Source of the DNA: Hyphomicrobiales bacterium
GTDB taxonomy: Bacteria; Pseudomonadota; Alphaproteobacteria; Rhizobiales; TMED25
DNA length: 64,000 bases
Reading direction: 5' to 3'
NCBI GenBank assembly: GCA_029245795.1
Contig: JAQWOP010000003.1
Coordinates: 101,235 to 165,234, forward strand
Every line of letters begins with the position of its first letter. Position 1 is the first letter of the stretch. This document shows, in pieces, positions 51,179-60,877 of the stretch. The notes below the pieces were generated by a model. That model saw only the letters and a program-made list of their open reading frames with translations, was not told the DNA's origin and searched no databases. The position numbers and the translations under genes were made by a program.

Positions 51179-52657
51179 ATGAAAATCTCATTCGTTAATT
51201 TTGGTATAGAAGTCAATGGTTCTATCGTCGTTTTTTTTACTGAAGAAAATGGTTTATTGATTACAGAAAAATCTGAAAATGATAAAAATATTTCTAAATT
51301 ATTTCAGGCAAATAGGAAACACTCAAAAGAAAAAACATTACAGGGAGATATATTAGACATAATTAGTCCCCATGGAAATGAGTATAAACGGATAATATTT
51401 TTTAAATTAAAAAATATTACTAAATTAGATGAGAATGAATGGATAAATATTGGAGGCCAGATACATGGTTATTTAACTCAAAATAATATCCAAGATGTAT
51501 CTATTAGATTAGAAACAACTATAAAAAATATAGAATTGACATCAATTCCTTCGAAAATTGCTTTCGGTATGGGATTAAGGGCCTATTCTTTCAGTAAATA
51601 TAAATCAGATAATAAAAAGAAGAATAAAGCCAATATTAAATTCTTAACAAATCATCATGTTACTGCGGAGAATCTTTACAAGAGTTATCTAACTCTTTTA
51701 AACGGAGTTAATCTTACAAGGGATTTGGTAAATGAGCCATCAAATATTTTAACCCCAAAAGAATTTGTAACTAGAATTAAAGAAATAGAAAATTCGCATT
51801 TAAGGATCAAAGTTTTACCTCAAAAAAAATTAGAGCAGATGGGAATGGAAGCCTTCTTATGTGTTTCAAAAGGTAGTAGAAATGAACCTTATGTTGCCAT
51901 AATGGAATACCTTCCAAATAAGAATCAGAAACCAATAGTATTTTTGGGAAAGGGAGTAACTTTTGATTCTGGCGGTATATCAATTAAACCTGCAGGTGGG
52001 ATGGATGAGATGAAAGGTGATATGGCCGGTGCAGCTAGTGTTGTAGGCTTGATGAAGGTTTTGTCAGAAAGGGAAGCAAAAGTAAATGTTGTTGGAGTTG
52101 TTGGCTTAGTTGAGAATATGACAGACGGTAACGCGGTAAGGCCAGGTGATGTCATAAAATCAATGTCTGGGAAAACAATTGAGGTTTTAAATACAGATGC
52201 AGAAGGGCGTCTAGTCCTAGCAGATATTGCAACTTATGCTATAAAAAATTATGATCCGCAATCAATTATAGATCTCGCCACTCTAACAGGAGCTATATTA
52301 GTTGCTTTAGGGCAAGAAATGGCTGGTGTATTTTCTAATAATGATGAGCTTGCCCAAAATTTAATAACTTCTGGAGAAAAAACGGGGGAATTATTATGGC
52401 GTATGCCTATTGGGAAGAGTTATAGAAAGATGATTGACTCTAAAGTTGCTGATATAAAAAATATTGGAGGCCGGTATGCTGGGGCAACTACAGCAGCTGA
52501 ATTTATACATTGTTTCACGAATGATGTTCCATGGGCGCATTTAGATATTGCAGGCACCTCAATATCCAGTCTTAAAAATGATATTAATACAAGTTGGGCG
52601 TCAGGTTTTGGTGTTAGGCTATTAAATAAATATTTGGAAGAATTTATTGAAAAATAA
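51179..52657 (+). CDS. pepA: Leucyl aminopeptidase (M17)
   Basis: 492 aa. Motifs GKGVTFDSGGISIKP, NTDAEGRLVLAD and DIAGT. Confidence 0.95.
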   Translation: MKISFVNFGIEVNGSIVVFFTEENGLLITEKSENDKNISKLFQANRKHSKEKTLQGDILDIISPHGNEYKRIIFFKLKNITKLDENEWINIGGQIHGYLTQNNIQDVSIRLETTIKNIELTSIPSKIAFGMGLRAYSFSKYKSDNKKKNKANIKFLTNHHVTAENLYKSYLTLLNGVNLTRDLVNEPSNILTPKEFVTRIKEIENSHLRIKVLPQKKLEQMGMEAFLCVSKGSRNEPYVAIMEYLPNKNQKPIVFLGKGVTFDSGGISIKPAGGMDEMKGDMAGAASVVGLMKVLSEREAKVNVVGVVGLVENMTDGNAVRPGDVIKSMSGKTIEVLNTDAEGRLVLADIATYAIKNYDPQSIIDLATLTGAILVALGQEMAGVFSNNDELAQNLITSGEKTGELLWRMPIGKSYRKMIDSKVADIKNIGGRYAGATTAAEFIHCFTNDVPWAHLDIAGTSISSLKNDINTSWASGFGVRLLNKYLEEFIEK

Positions 52658-52737
52658 ACACTATTCATAATTGTAAATTTAACTATTTCAGTATATGTAT
52701 CTATTATTATTTTAAATTTTAAAGAAAGCTATGGACA

Positions 52738-53160
52738 ATGACACAAGAAAGAACTCTATCAATAATTAAACCCGACGCTACTCGCAGAGATTTAATTGGA
52801 AAAATTATCACAAAGTTTGAAGATGGTGGTTTAAAGATTGTCGCACAAAAGAAGATTCAGTTAACTCAGAAAATGGCTGAAGATTTCTATGTTGTTCATA
52901 AAGAAAGACCATTTTACAGCGATCTTGTCAACTTTATGATGTCAGGTCCAGTTGTTGTCCAAGTTTTAGATGGCGAGAATGCGGTTGCAAGAAATCGTGA
53001 AATTATGGGCGCAACAAATCCTTCAGAGGCTGCAGATGGCACAATAAGAAAAGAATTTGCTGAGAGCCTTGAAGCAAACTCTGTTCATGGTTCAGATAGC
53101 CTTGATAATGCCAAAATTGAGATAGAATTCTTTTTTGATAAAAGCGAAATTGTTGGTTAG
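52738..53160 (+). CDS. ndk: Nucleoside diphosphate kinase
   Basis: 140 aa. Motifs [11 protein letters not shown] and NSVHGSDS. Confidence 0.97.
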   Translation: MTQERTLSIIKPDATRRDLIGKIITKFEDGGLKIVAQKKIQLTQKMAEDFYVVHKERPFYSDLVNFMMSGPVVVQVLDGENAVARNREIMGATNPSEAADGTIRKEFAESLEANSVHGSDSLDNAKIEIEFFFDKSEIVG

Positions 53161-53243
53161 AGCTATAAACTTTTTTGAATGAGGTTTTGTAAATTTATAT
53201 TTTATGATATAATTTTCTTGTTGTTTTGATTATATAATTTTTA

Positions 53244-53663
53244 ATGGAGACCATAATGGTGGAGAGTTTTAATGGATATTTATACCTAATAATATTCCTA
53301 GTTATATTAGTAATGAATAGTTTTTATGGCATTAATTGTTTATTTAGGACAGAAAAATTTCTTGAAAAATATGCTACGAGCATAGAGGCTGCTTTCTTTT
53401 GCAGATTCGCAGGATCGATGATCAGCGCTGTAGTTCTAATGCAGCTATATATCTTATTTAGAGGGACTGAAGCGACATGGGCATTCTTTAATTTTATGTT
53501 TGTTACTATGACAATAATTGCTTCAGCTTCATTTTATGGTTTTGAAGTTGATAAACTTGGTCTCACAGATAAAGCATCTAGGGAGGGTTATATATCCACA
53601 GGCCTATTAGCTATCCTATGGGGCATTCTTTGTTTTGGTCTAGCAGATAAAATTTATATTTAA
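53244..53663 (+). CDS. Hypothetical 4-TM membrane protein
   Basis: 139 aa with four hydrophobic segments. No family recognised. Confidence 0.4.
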   Translation: METIMVESFNGYLYLIIFLVILVMNSFYGINCLFRTEKFLEKYATSIEAAFFCRFAGSMISAVVLMQLYILFRGTEATWAFFNFMFVTMTIIASASFYGFEVDKLGLTDKASREGYISTGLLAILWGILCFGLADKIYI

Positions 53664-53735
53664 ATACCTGATATTAAAGTATCTTTGTCATTCGTATATT
53701 AACTGATATATTAATCACATATAATAATAATTGGA

Positions 53736-54392
53736 GTGAATTCTATGAGAAAACAAAGGATAAGTTATGTTGATCCAAATGAAGTTTCTGATGAAAGAAT
53801 GAAGAAAGAATTTGAAAGATGTCGAGATAGAGGCACTCCGCGACCTGAGAGCCAAGCTATAAGAGCTCATGCTCCTGCAACATTTTGGTCTTTTGCAGAT
53901 ACATGGCAAACTGTATTTCATGAGGGTGTTTGTGATCATACAATTAAAGAATTATGCAGAGTTTATGTATCTCATTCTGTAAAATGTGAGTTTTGTGGCA
54001 ATCAAAGATCTATTCAATCCAGACAAAAAGGTCTTGTGGAAGATGATTATTTTGATCTGCTAAATTTTGAAAAATCCATTAGATATAATGAAAGACAAAA
54101 AGCAGCACTCCGATATACGGAGGCTATTATATGGGATCTTGAAACAAATGATGCTTTATGGGAAAACTTATACAAACATTACGAAGATGCTCAAATTGTG
54201 GAACTAGGTTATTTTGTGGCCATTACTATGGGCCAGCAACGCTGGCTTAAAACTCTAAATATTGATCATCATAAGGTTCTTGTTGGAACTGATGCATCTA
54301 TGATGCCAGGGGCTGAAACACCATCAGCTTGGGAAGATCATCAAAATTCACCTGAGTATTGGGCAAAGAAATCTCATCCAAATCTTAAGTAA
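53736..54392 (+). CDS. Carboxymuconolactone decarboxylase / AhpD-like family protein
   Basis: 218 aa. A CxxC (CEFC) sits in a helical context typical of the AhpD-like core. Confidence 0.7.
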   Translation: MNSMRKQRISYVDPNEVSDERMKKEFERCRDRGTPRPESQAIRAHAPATFWSFADTWQTVFHEGVCDHTIKELCRVYVSHSVKCEFCGNQRSIQSRQKGLVEDDYFDLLNFEKSIRYNERQKAALRYTEAIIWDLETNDALWENLYKHYEDAQIVELGYFVAITMGQQRWLKTLNIDHHKVLVGTDASMMPGAETPSAWEDHQNSPEYWAKKSHPNLK

Positions 54393-54428
54393 TGGAAGTA
54401 TTTTCTTTTGCTTAGAGTATAAATTTTA

Positions 54429-55034
54429 TTGATGTTAACTTTTGAATTATTTATCGCCTTTAGCGTATTTGCCTTTGTGTCTTCCATCACACCAGGGCCA
54501 AATAATATTATGTTAATGGCATCAGGGACAAATTTTGGTTTCAAAAAGACAATTCCCCACCTGCTGGGGGTTAACCTTGGTTTTGGATTTTTATTATTTT
54601 GTGTTGGTATTGGGTTGATGCAGATTTTTGATCTATTTCCCATAATGCATAATGTATTCAAAATATTTTGTAGTATTTACCTTATATACTTGGCTTACAG
54701 AATTGCAACTTCAGCATCCCAAACCAAAAATTCACAAAATAAGGTAAGGCCATTTTCTTTTATTCAGGCGGTACTATTCCAATGGATTAATCCCAAAGGT
54801 TGGTCTATGGCTTTAACAGCAATATCGGTGTATTCTACTACAAGTTCTTTTATAGGTGTGCTTATTATCACATCTGCTTATACTATAATAAATTTGCCTT
54901 GTATTTGTTTTTGGACAATGCTGGGTGAGCAATTTAGTCGATTTATGACCAGTAATTTACGATTGAAAACTTTCAATTATGTTATGGCATTTTTACTAAT
55001 TCTTACTTTGGTCCAGATTTTTGTTATGTCTTGA
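54429..55034 (+). CDS. LysE/RhtB-family translocator
   Basis: 201 aa. Has the N-terminal ITPGPNN motif and a six-TM pattern. Confidence 0.8.
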   Translation: MMLTFELFIAFSVFAFVSSITPGPNNIMLMASGTNFGFKKTIPHLLGVNLGFGFLLFCVGIGLMQIFDLFPIMHNVFKIFCSIYLIYLAYRIATSASQTKNSQNKVRPFSFIQAVLFQWINPKGWSMALTAISVYSTTSSFIGVLIITSAYTIINLPCICFWTMLGEQFSRFMTSNLRLKTFNYVMAFLLILTLVQIFVMS

Positions 55035-55085
55035 AGTTCCGACTAGGGAAGATCCTAGATTCTAGACTTCATGATTAACAGCTAT

Positions 55086-55114
55086 TTGCCCAAAAGTTAG
55101 CTAGCTGATATAAT
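55086..55114 (+). promoter_or_regulatory. Sigma70-like promoter candidate (TTGCCC-17-TATAAT), 7 nt before the ATG at 55122
   Basis: Read directly. There is no room for a Shine-Dalgarno leader. Confidence 0.4.
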
Positions 55115-55121
55115 ATTATTT

Positions 55122-55418
55122 ATGTTTTTAATATTTATGGCAATCATGGTTCCAATTTGTTGGGGCTTTTATATATATGTTAAAAAAATAGGCTCACCAA
55201 TTATAGATTGGCTTCAGGAAAAAGAACGTTGGTGGGATGTCGAAGATTTGGATCAGAATCAGTATGATAATCTATCCTTTTTAAATCAGTTAGGCCATAC
55301 TGGCAAAGCACTGATTGGTTTGGCGATTTATTTATCGTTTATCTTTTTTTCAGTAATGATTTTTGTTGTACCAGTTGGTATCTTGTTTCTCACCTTAAGA
55401 CGTTTTCTTGTCTTATAG
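55122..55418 (+). CDS. Hypothetical small membrane protein
   Basis: 98 aa. N-terminal TM, an acidic Trp-rich loop (ERWWDVEDLDQNQYD), and two C-terminal TMs. Confidence 0.4.
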   Translation: MFLIFMAIMVPICWGFYIYVKKIGSPIIDWLQEKERWWDVEDLDQNQYDNLSFLNQLGHTGKALIGLAIYLSFIFFSVMIFVVPVGILFLTLRRFLVL

Positions 55419-55435
55419 CTGATACATCTCACATA

Positions 55436-55464
55436 TTGCCCAATAGTTATAGAACTGTTATATG
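55436..55464 (+). promoter_or_regulatory. Second copy of the promoter-like module (TTGCCC-17-TATATG)
   Basis: It shares TTGCCCAA-AGTTA with 55086..55099. The ATG at 55471 lies 6 nt after the -10-like hexamer. Confidence 0.35.
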
Positions 55465-55470
55465 TTTTTT

Positions 55471-55596
55471 ATGAATAAGTTAATACTGAACTTTTTGGGA
55501 CGAATGGGGATATATATCCTACTATACTGCTTTCTCGCAGGATTATGTTATTTATTGCTTGTTGTAATATCTAAGTTATTGGGTTGGCTCTTTTAG
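55471..55596 (+). CDS. Unannotated small hydrophobic ORF (41 aa, or 44 aa from the ATG at 55462)
   Basis: My own translation gives (MFF)MNKLILNFLGRMGIYILLYCFLAGLCYLLLVVISKLLGWLF-stop. It is below the ORF-track size cut-off. Confidence 0.25.
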   Translation: MNKLILNFLGRMGIYILLYCFLAGLCYLLLVVISKLLGWLF

Positions 55597-55603
55597 CTAT
55601 TAA

Positions 55604-56266
55604 TTATATTTCTCGGCTAGCTAGAGATAATAATTCAATAGGTTTATAGATTTTTTGATCAGTTTTATTCTTTGCAATATTTATCATAGCCTCTGCAACT
55701 ATTTTAGCTAAAATAGGCCTATATTGGCGCATCCCACCAATCAGTAGTGGGTTTAACAGCTTAAATGCTTTTTTATAACGTTGCTCATCTTTTCGAGGTG
55801 AAAAGCGATCTCCAAGTAGAAGCGAAGGTCGAACTATTGCGAGGTTTGAAAATTGCATATCCATTAAATTATTTTCAACGTTTCCCTTATTCTTAAGATA
55901 TAGGCTGAAGCTTTTATGATTGGCGCCCATAGTTGATACATATAGGAAAGAATTAATAGAATTTTTCTTTGCAAAATTTGCAATGTCCATTGGTATAGTA
56001 AATTCAATTCTAGTAAATTCTGCTCTATCAGGTGTAATTTTTCCTGTAGTTCCAATGGAAAAGAAACAATCATCACCTGAAATAGCGTCGGAGTAAGTTG
56101 AAATATCCAAGAAGTTAGTTGTGATTAATTCCACTTTCTTATTATTTATTTGTAAAGGTTTACGCGCAAATACTTTGATATGATCGTAATATTGATCTGC
56201 TAAAAGCTGATCTAATATATGACTGCCAACCAAACCTGATGCACCAAATAATAATGCGGTTTTCAT
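55604..56266 (-). CDS. NAD(P)H-binding atypical SDR (HTATIP2-like)
   Basis: 220 aa. Has the GASGLVGSH Rossmann motif and no classical YxxxK. Confidence 0.7.
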   Translation of the reverse strand: MKTALLFGASGLVGSHILDQLLADQYYDHIKVFARKPLQINNKKVELITTNFLDISTYSDAISGDDCFFSIGTTGKITPDRAEFTRIEFTIPMDIANFAKKNSINSFLYVSTMGANHKSFSLYLKNKGNVENNLMDMQFSNLAIVRPSLLLGDRFSPRKDEQRYKKAFKLLNPLLIGGMRQYRPILAKIVAEAMINIAKNKTDQKIYKPIELLSLASREI

Positions 56267-56269
56267 ATT

Positions 56270-56875
56270 CTAATTCTCTAATACTATATTATCTTTTATG
56301 ATTAATTTACCACTAGCTATTTTTTGAAGACTTTCTGGAAATATTCTATGCTCAAGCTTTAATACTTTTGCTGCTAAGGTATCTTCATCATCATCTTTTT
56401 CAATGTGAACCGACTCCTGCATTATAATAGGACCAGAGTCGAGCTCAGCCCTAACAATATGGGTAGTGCAACCAGTTACACGAGCCCCATCCTCAAGGGC
56501 TCTTCTATGGGTGTTAAGACCTTTATAGGATGGAAGTAGGGAAGGGTGAATATTTATAATCTTATTCATCCATTCGTCTACAAATTTTTTCGTTAGTATT
56601 TTCATATATCCCGCAGTGCAGATTATATCAATTTGAACTTGCAATAATATATTAGATATATGGTCATCAAATTCTTGATCAGAATTGAAATTCTTTCTAA
56701 TGACTGTTTTAGTATCTATGCCATAACTATTGGCAACTTGAAGACCAAGAGCTGAATCTTTATTGGAGATAACAAGTTCAATTGTAGCAGGGTAGTTGTG
56801 GTCTTGGGCAGCTCTTATAAGGGCCTCCATGTTGGAACCCCTACCTGATATTAGAATGGCAACTCTTTTCTTCAT
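56270..56875 (-). CDS. purN: Phosphoribosylglycinamide formyltransferase
   Basis: 201 aa. Motifs ISGRGSN, NIHPSLLP and the HIV..ELDSGPII segment. Confidence 0.95.
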   Translation of the reverse strand: MKKRVAILISGRGSNMEALIRAAQDHNYPATIELVISNKDSALGLQVANSYGIDTKTVIRKNFNSDQEFDDHISNILLQVQIDIICTAGYMKILTKKFVDEWMNKIINIHPSLLPSYKGLNTHRRALEDGARVTGCTTHIVRAELDSGPIIMQESVHIEKDDDEDTLAAKVLKLEHRIFPESLQKIASGKLIIKDNIVLEN

Positions 56876-57933
56876 TACAAATCTAATTGACCTTTGTATA
56901 GGACGTCTAAATTATTATAATTTTTAATTATTGTACCTATTTTAACTGCAGGAATTTCTAGTTTATTTAATATTTGATCTGTTTCATTAATTAAATTCTT
57001 ATCAATCACTAAGACAAGGCCAATTCCACAATTAAATGTTTTCATCAATTCATTATCGTCAAGTCCACTATATTTTTTGACCCATCGGTAAACTTTCATA
57101 GAGGGGTAAGCACTGAGGTTAATATCTGCAGCGACTTTTGGATTTAATACTCTTGGCAGATTTTCAGTTAACCCACCGCCAGTTATATGTGCAATAGCCT
57201 TAATTGAATTTATTGCATTTCTTATATTTTTGAGATCTGAGTGATATATTTTGGTCGGTCTAATTAAAAGATCTAATAATTCTTCATCTTCTAATACATT
57301 AGAAGAAACATTAATATTATTTTCTGATATAATTTTATGAATTAAAGAATAGCCATTGGAATGAATACCACTTGATGGTAAGCCAATAATTTGGTCTCCT
57401 ATATCAACTGCTTTGGGAAGTAATTCATCTCTCTCTACAAGTCCTACACAAAAACCAGCAAGATCATAGTGCTTTGGTTTGTAGAAACCTGGTAATTCTG
57501 CTGTTTCACCCCCTACCAGAGCGCAGCCAGCTAGCTTACATCCATCTGTTATCCCTTTTATAACTTCTTTTGCTAATAAAGTATCTAATTTGCTTGTAGC
57601 AAAATAATCCAGAAAAAACATCGGGTCACCACCTTGAGCGAGAATATCATTGACGCACATTGCAACAAGATCGATTCCTATCGTATTATGTTTATTGTAA
57701 TCGAAGGCGAATTTTAGCTTAGTTCCAACACCATCCGTTGCCGAAATTATTAATGGATCTTTGTAATTCACTTTACCTAAGTCAAAAATAGAACCAAATC
57801 CACCTAAATTTGCTTCGGCTCCGGGTCTTTTTGTTGAGGAGACCATTTCTGATATTTCTTGGACTAATTTATTTCCTTCATCAATATTTACTCCACTTGA
57901 CTTATAGGTAATTTTTTTATTTTTATTGGTCAT
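56875..57933 (-). CDS. purM: Phosphoribosylformylglycinamidine cyclo-ligase
   Basis: 352 aa. Motifs DGVGTKL, DLVAMCVNDI and AHITGGG. Confidence 0.97.
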   Translation of the reverse strand: MTNKNKKITYKSSGVNIDEGNKLVQEISEMVSSTKRPGAEANLGGFGSIFDLGKVNYKDPLIISATDGVGTKLKFAFDYNKHNTIGIDLVAMCVNDILAQGGDPMFFLDYFATSKLDTLLAKEVIKGITDGCKLAGCALVGGETAELPGFYKPKHYDLAGFCVGLVERDELLPKAVDIGDQIIGLPSSGIHSNGYSLIHKIISENNINVSSNVLEDEELLDLLIRPTKIYHSDLKNIRNAINSIKAIAHITGGGLTENLPRVLNPKVAADINLSAYPSMKVYRWVKKYSGLDDNELMKTFNCGIGLVLVIDKNLINETDQILNKLEIPAVKIGTIIKNYNNLDVLYKGQLDL

Positions 57934-58069
57934 AATAAAAGGATGATTTAAATGAAAAAAGTAGGTCTTTTAAATTTTGTACAATCAATTTCATATTTAT
58001 AATATATTACATTTGTACTAATAGTAATAGGGTAGTTTGTTTATTTAATTTATATAATGGATTTAAAAC

Positions 58070-58729
58070 GTGGAAAAGCAATTATTTTTTGACATTGAAG
58101 AGCAGCCATCATTTGATTTGCAAGATTTTATTGTCTCATCATCTAATCAGATTGCTTATGATTATATACAGAAATGGCCAGAATGGTCCGGTAATCTTAT
58201 ATTTTTAGTCGGTGAGAGCGGTGTTGGTAAGACGCACCTCGCGAATATCTGGTTAAAGAAGGCAAATGGTATAAAGTTAGATGAAAAAAATATAGATTCT
58301 GATTATATTAAGATGAATCAAAATATTTTAATAGAAGATTTTGATAATATAAAATATGATTTAACTAGCCTATTTCATATTATAAATGCAATTAAAGAGA
58401 AAAATGGATATATCATTTTTACTTGTAGAGAGAAGCCTGCTAATTTAGATATTGCTCTTCCAGATTTGTCCTCCAGATTAAGGTCTGCGACACCCATTTT
58501 CATAGATAAGCCTGATGATTCACTATTAGAAGCAATTATAATAAAATTATTTTCAGATAAGAAAATTATAATAGATTCACGTGTAACATCATACATTATT
58601 CAAAGAGTAAATAGATCTGTATCTGAAATTATTAGGCTAATCAATAATATTAATTATAAATCTATGGAAGAAAAGAGAGGTGTTACTATACCCCTAGTAA
58701 ATAAAGTTTTCAAAGAAATGGATATTTAA
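58070..58729 (+). CDS. hdaA: DnaA-related regulatory protein HdaA
   Basis: 219 aa with a GTG start. Walker A GESGVGKTHL. The size and the position next to purM-purN match alphaproteobacterial hdaA. Confidence 0.75.
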   Translation: MEKQLFFDIEEQPSFDLQDFIVSSSNQIAYDYIQKWPEWSGNLIFLVGESGVGKTHLANIWLKKANGIKLDEKNIDSDYIKMNQNILIEDFDNIKYDLTSLFHIINAIKEKNGYIIFTCREKPANLDIALPDLSSRLRSATPIFIDKPDDSLLEAIIIKLFSDKKIIIDSRVTSYIIQRVNRSVSEIIRLINNINYKSMEEKRGVTIPLVNKVFKEMDI

Positions 58730-58745
58730 TTATAGGTTTTTTGAA

Positions 58746-60875
58746 ATGTTAAAAAAAATAAAATCAGAAATAATGATTAATAACAAATCAGAAAAAAGAT
58801 TTTTTAATAGAGAAATATCTTGGTTAAAATTTAATGACAGGGTCTTAGCTTTGGCATCAGATGATAGTTTGCCTCTATATGAGAGACTCAATTTTCTATC
58901 AATTTCGGCATCAAATTTAGATGAGTTCTTAAATGTAAGATTTGCAGGTCTTATAGGACAATACAAATCTGGGGTTACAGAAAAGAGTAACGATGGTCTT
59001 ATGCCCTCTGATCAAGTGAATTTTACTAACAGTGAAATTAGTTCTCTCATAGATAAACAATATAATATTTGGAGTAATATAAGAAACCTTCTATTTAAAG
59101 CCAATGTAAAAATTTTTAATAAAGAAGAAATAGATGAATCACAAAAAGAGATAATCTACTCATATTTTATTAAGAATATTTTTCCTGTTTTAACTCCAAT
59201 AGCAATTGATCCAGCTCACCCTTTTCCATTCATTCCAAATCTTGGTTTGACAATGGCTTTTACGCTAATGACAAGAGACCTTCGAAAAAAAGATGAAAAT
59301 CTACAAGTGATACTTCCGATACCATCATCATTAGATAGATTTATAAAGATTGAATTAAATAAAGTTGAAGCAAAATTGATTCCAATTGAGGAAGTGATAG
59401 AATTATTTGTTGATGAATTATTCCCAGATACAAAAATAGTTGATATCACCAAATTTAGAATTTTAAGGGATACAGAAATTGAAATTCAAGAAGAATCAGA
59501 AGATCTTGTTATGTTTTATGAGGAAGCTCTAAAAAGAAGAAAACGGGGTGAAGTTATTTACGTTGAGATTGAAAACAACACTTCTGATATGCTTGTAGAT
59601 TTTATAATGAGAGAAATGGATGTTGGGTCAGAATATATAAAGGAAATTGATGGTATATTGGGTCTGGAAAGTATTAAAGAACTTAAGTTATTGGACGAAA
59701 ATAATCATAGTTATCCATTATTTTTACCAAGGTTTCCAGAGAGAATTCGCGATCATAACGGAGATTGCTTTGCTGCCATTAAACAAAAAGATATTATTGT
59801 TCACCATCCATATGAGTCATTTGATGTTGTAGTTCAGTTTTTGTCACAAGCTGCAAAAGATCCTGATGTAATATCAATTAAACAAACATTATATAGAACT
59901 AGCGCAAACTCTCCTATAGTAAGGGCACTCATCGACGCTGCTGAGTCAGGTAAGTCTGTGACTGCAATTATAGAATTAAAAGCAAGATTTGATGAAGAAG
60001 CTAATATAAATTTTGCTAGGGATATGGAGCGGGCTGGAGTTCACGTTATTTTTGGTTTTCTGGAATTAAAAACTCACGCAAAAGCAACTCTTATAGTCAG
60101 AAAAGAAAATAAAACTTTATTCTCATATGTCCATTTAGGTACTGGAAACTATCATCCAATTAATGCGAGAATTTATACTGATTTGTCATTTTTTACAGCA
60201 GATCAAGGTTTTGCCAAGGATATAAATCAGTTATTTAATTATGTAACTGGTTATGCAAAGCCAAAAAAATTCTCAAATATATCCATGTCACCGATTGATC
60301 TTCATAAAACAATTATAGATGAAATAAATAGAGAGATTTCAAACTCAAAGTCCGGTCTTCCTGCTCATATATGGCTTAAAATGAATGCACTAATTGACTC
60401 AAATATAATCGATTTACTTTATGATGCTAGCTGTGCAGGAGTTAAAATAGTTTTAATTGTTAGAGGAATATGTTGTCTTAGGCCAGGTGTAGAAGGCTTA
60501 TCCGAAAATATTATTGTAAAAAGTATAGTAGGTAGATATTTAGAGCATTCACGAATTTACTGCTTTGGTAATAAGAAAGAGTTACCTTCAGATCAGGCCA
60601 ATATTTATATTTCATCTGCTGATCTTATGCCAAGAAATCTATATCGTAGAGTAGAATTTATGGCTCCAATAAAAAATAAAACTGTTCATAGACAAATAAT
60701 CCATCAAATAATGTTAGCAAACATAAAAGACACACAAAATTCATGGACCTTACTAAATGACGGTAATAGCCTAAGCAATAAATCAAAAATTGTAGAGGAG
60801 CAATTTGATGCGCATCAGTACTTTATGACAAACCCAAGTTTGTCTGGACGCGGTAAAACTGTCCAAGAATTATAA
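58746..60875 (+). CDS. ppk: Polyphosphate kinase 1
   Basis: 709 aa. Motifs FFNREISWLKFNDRVL, the HPYESF segment and two PLD-like HxK regions (THAK; LEHSR). Confidence 0.95.
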   Translation: MLKKIKSEIMINNKSEKRFFNREISWLKFNDRVLALASDDSLPLYERLNFLSISASNLDEFLNVRFAGLIGQYKSGVTEKSNDGLMPSDQVNFTNSEISSLIDKQYNIWSNIRNLLFKANVKIFNKEEIDESQKEIIYSYFIKNIFPVLTPIAIDPAHPFPFIPNLGLTMAFTLMTRDLRKKDENLQVILPIPSSLDRFIKIELNKVEAKLIPIEEVIELFVDELFPDTKIVDITKFRILRDTEIEIQEESEDLVMFYEEALKRRKRGEVIYVEIENNTSDMLVDFIMREMDVGSEYIKEIDGILGLESIKELKLLDENNHSYPLFLPRFPERIRDHNGDCFAAIKQKDIIVHHPYESFDVVVQFLSQAAKDPDVISIKQTLYRTSANSPIVRALIDAAESGKSVTAIIELKARFDEEANINFARDMERAGVHVIFGFLELKTHAKATLIVRKENKTLFSYVHLGTGNYHPINARIYTDLSFFTADQGFAKDINQLFNYVTGYAKPKKFSNISMSPIDLHKTIIDEINREISNSKSGLPAHIWLKMNALIDSNIIDLLYDASCAGVKIVLIVRGICCLRPGVEGLSENIIVKSIVGRYLEHSRIYCFGNKKELPSDQANIYISSADLMPRNLYRRVEFMAPIKNKTVHRQIIHQIMLANIKDTQNSWTLLNDGNSLSNKSKIVEEQFDAHQYFMTNPSLSGRGKTVQEL

Positions 60876-60877
60876 TA

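Noticed and set aside
55043-55065. CTAG-rich short hairpin/palindromes (CTAGGgaagatCCTAG, CTAGAtTCTAG) after the LysE-family gene, considered as a terminator
   Set aside because: The stems are only 5 bp and there is no following T-tract. This is not convincing as a rho-independent terminator, although the local CTAG density is mildly unusual.
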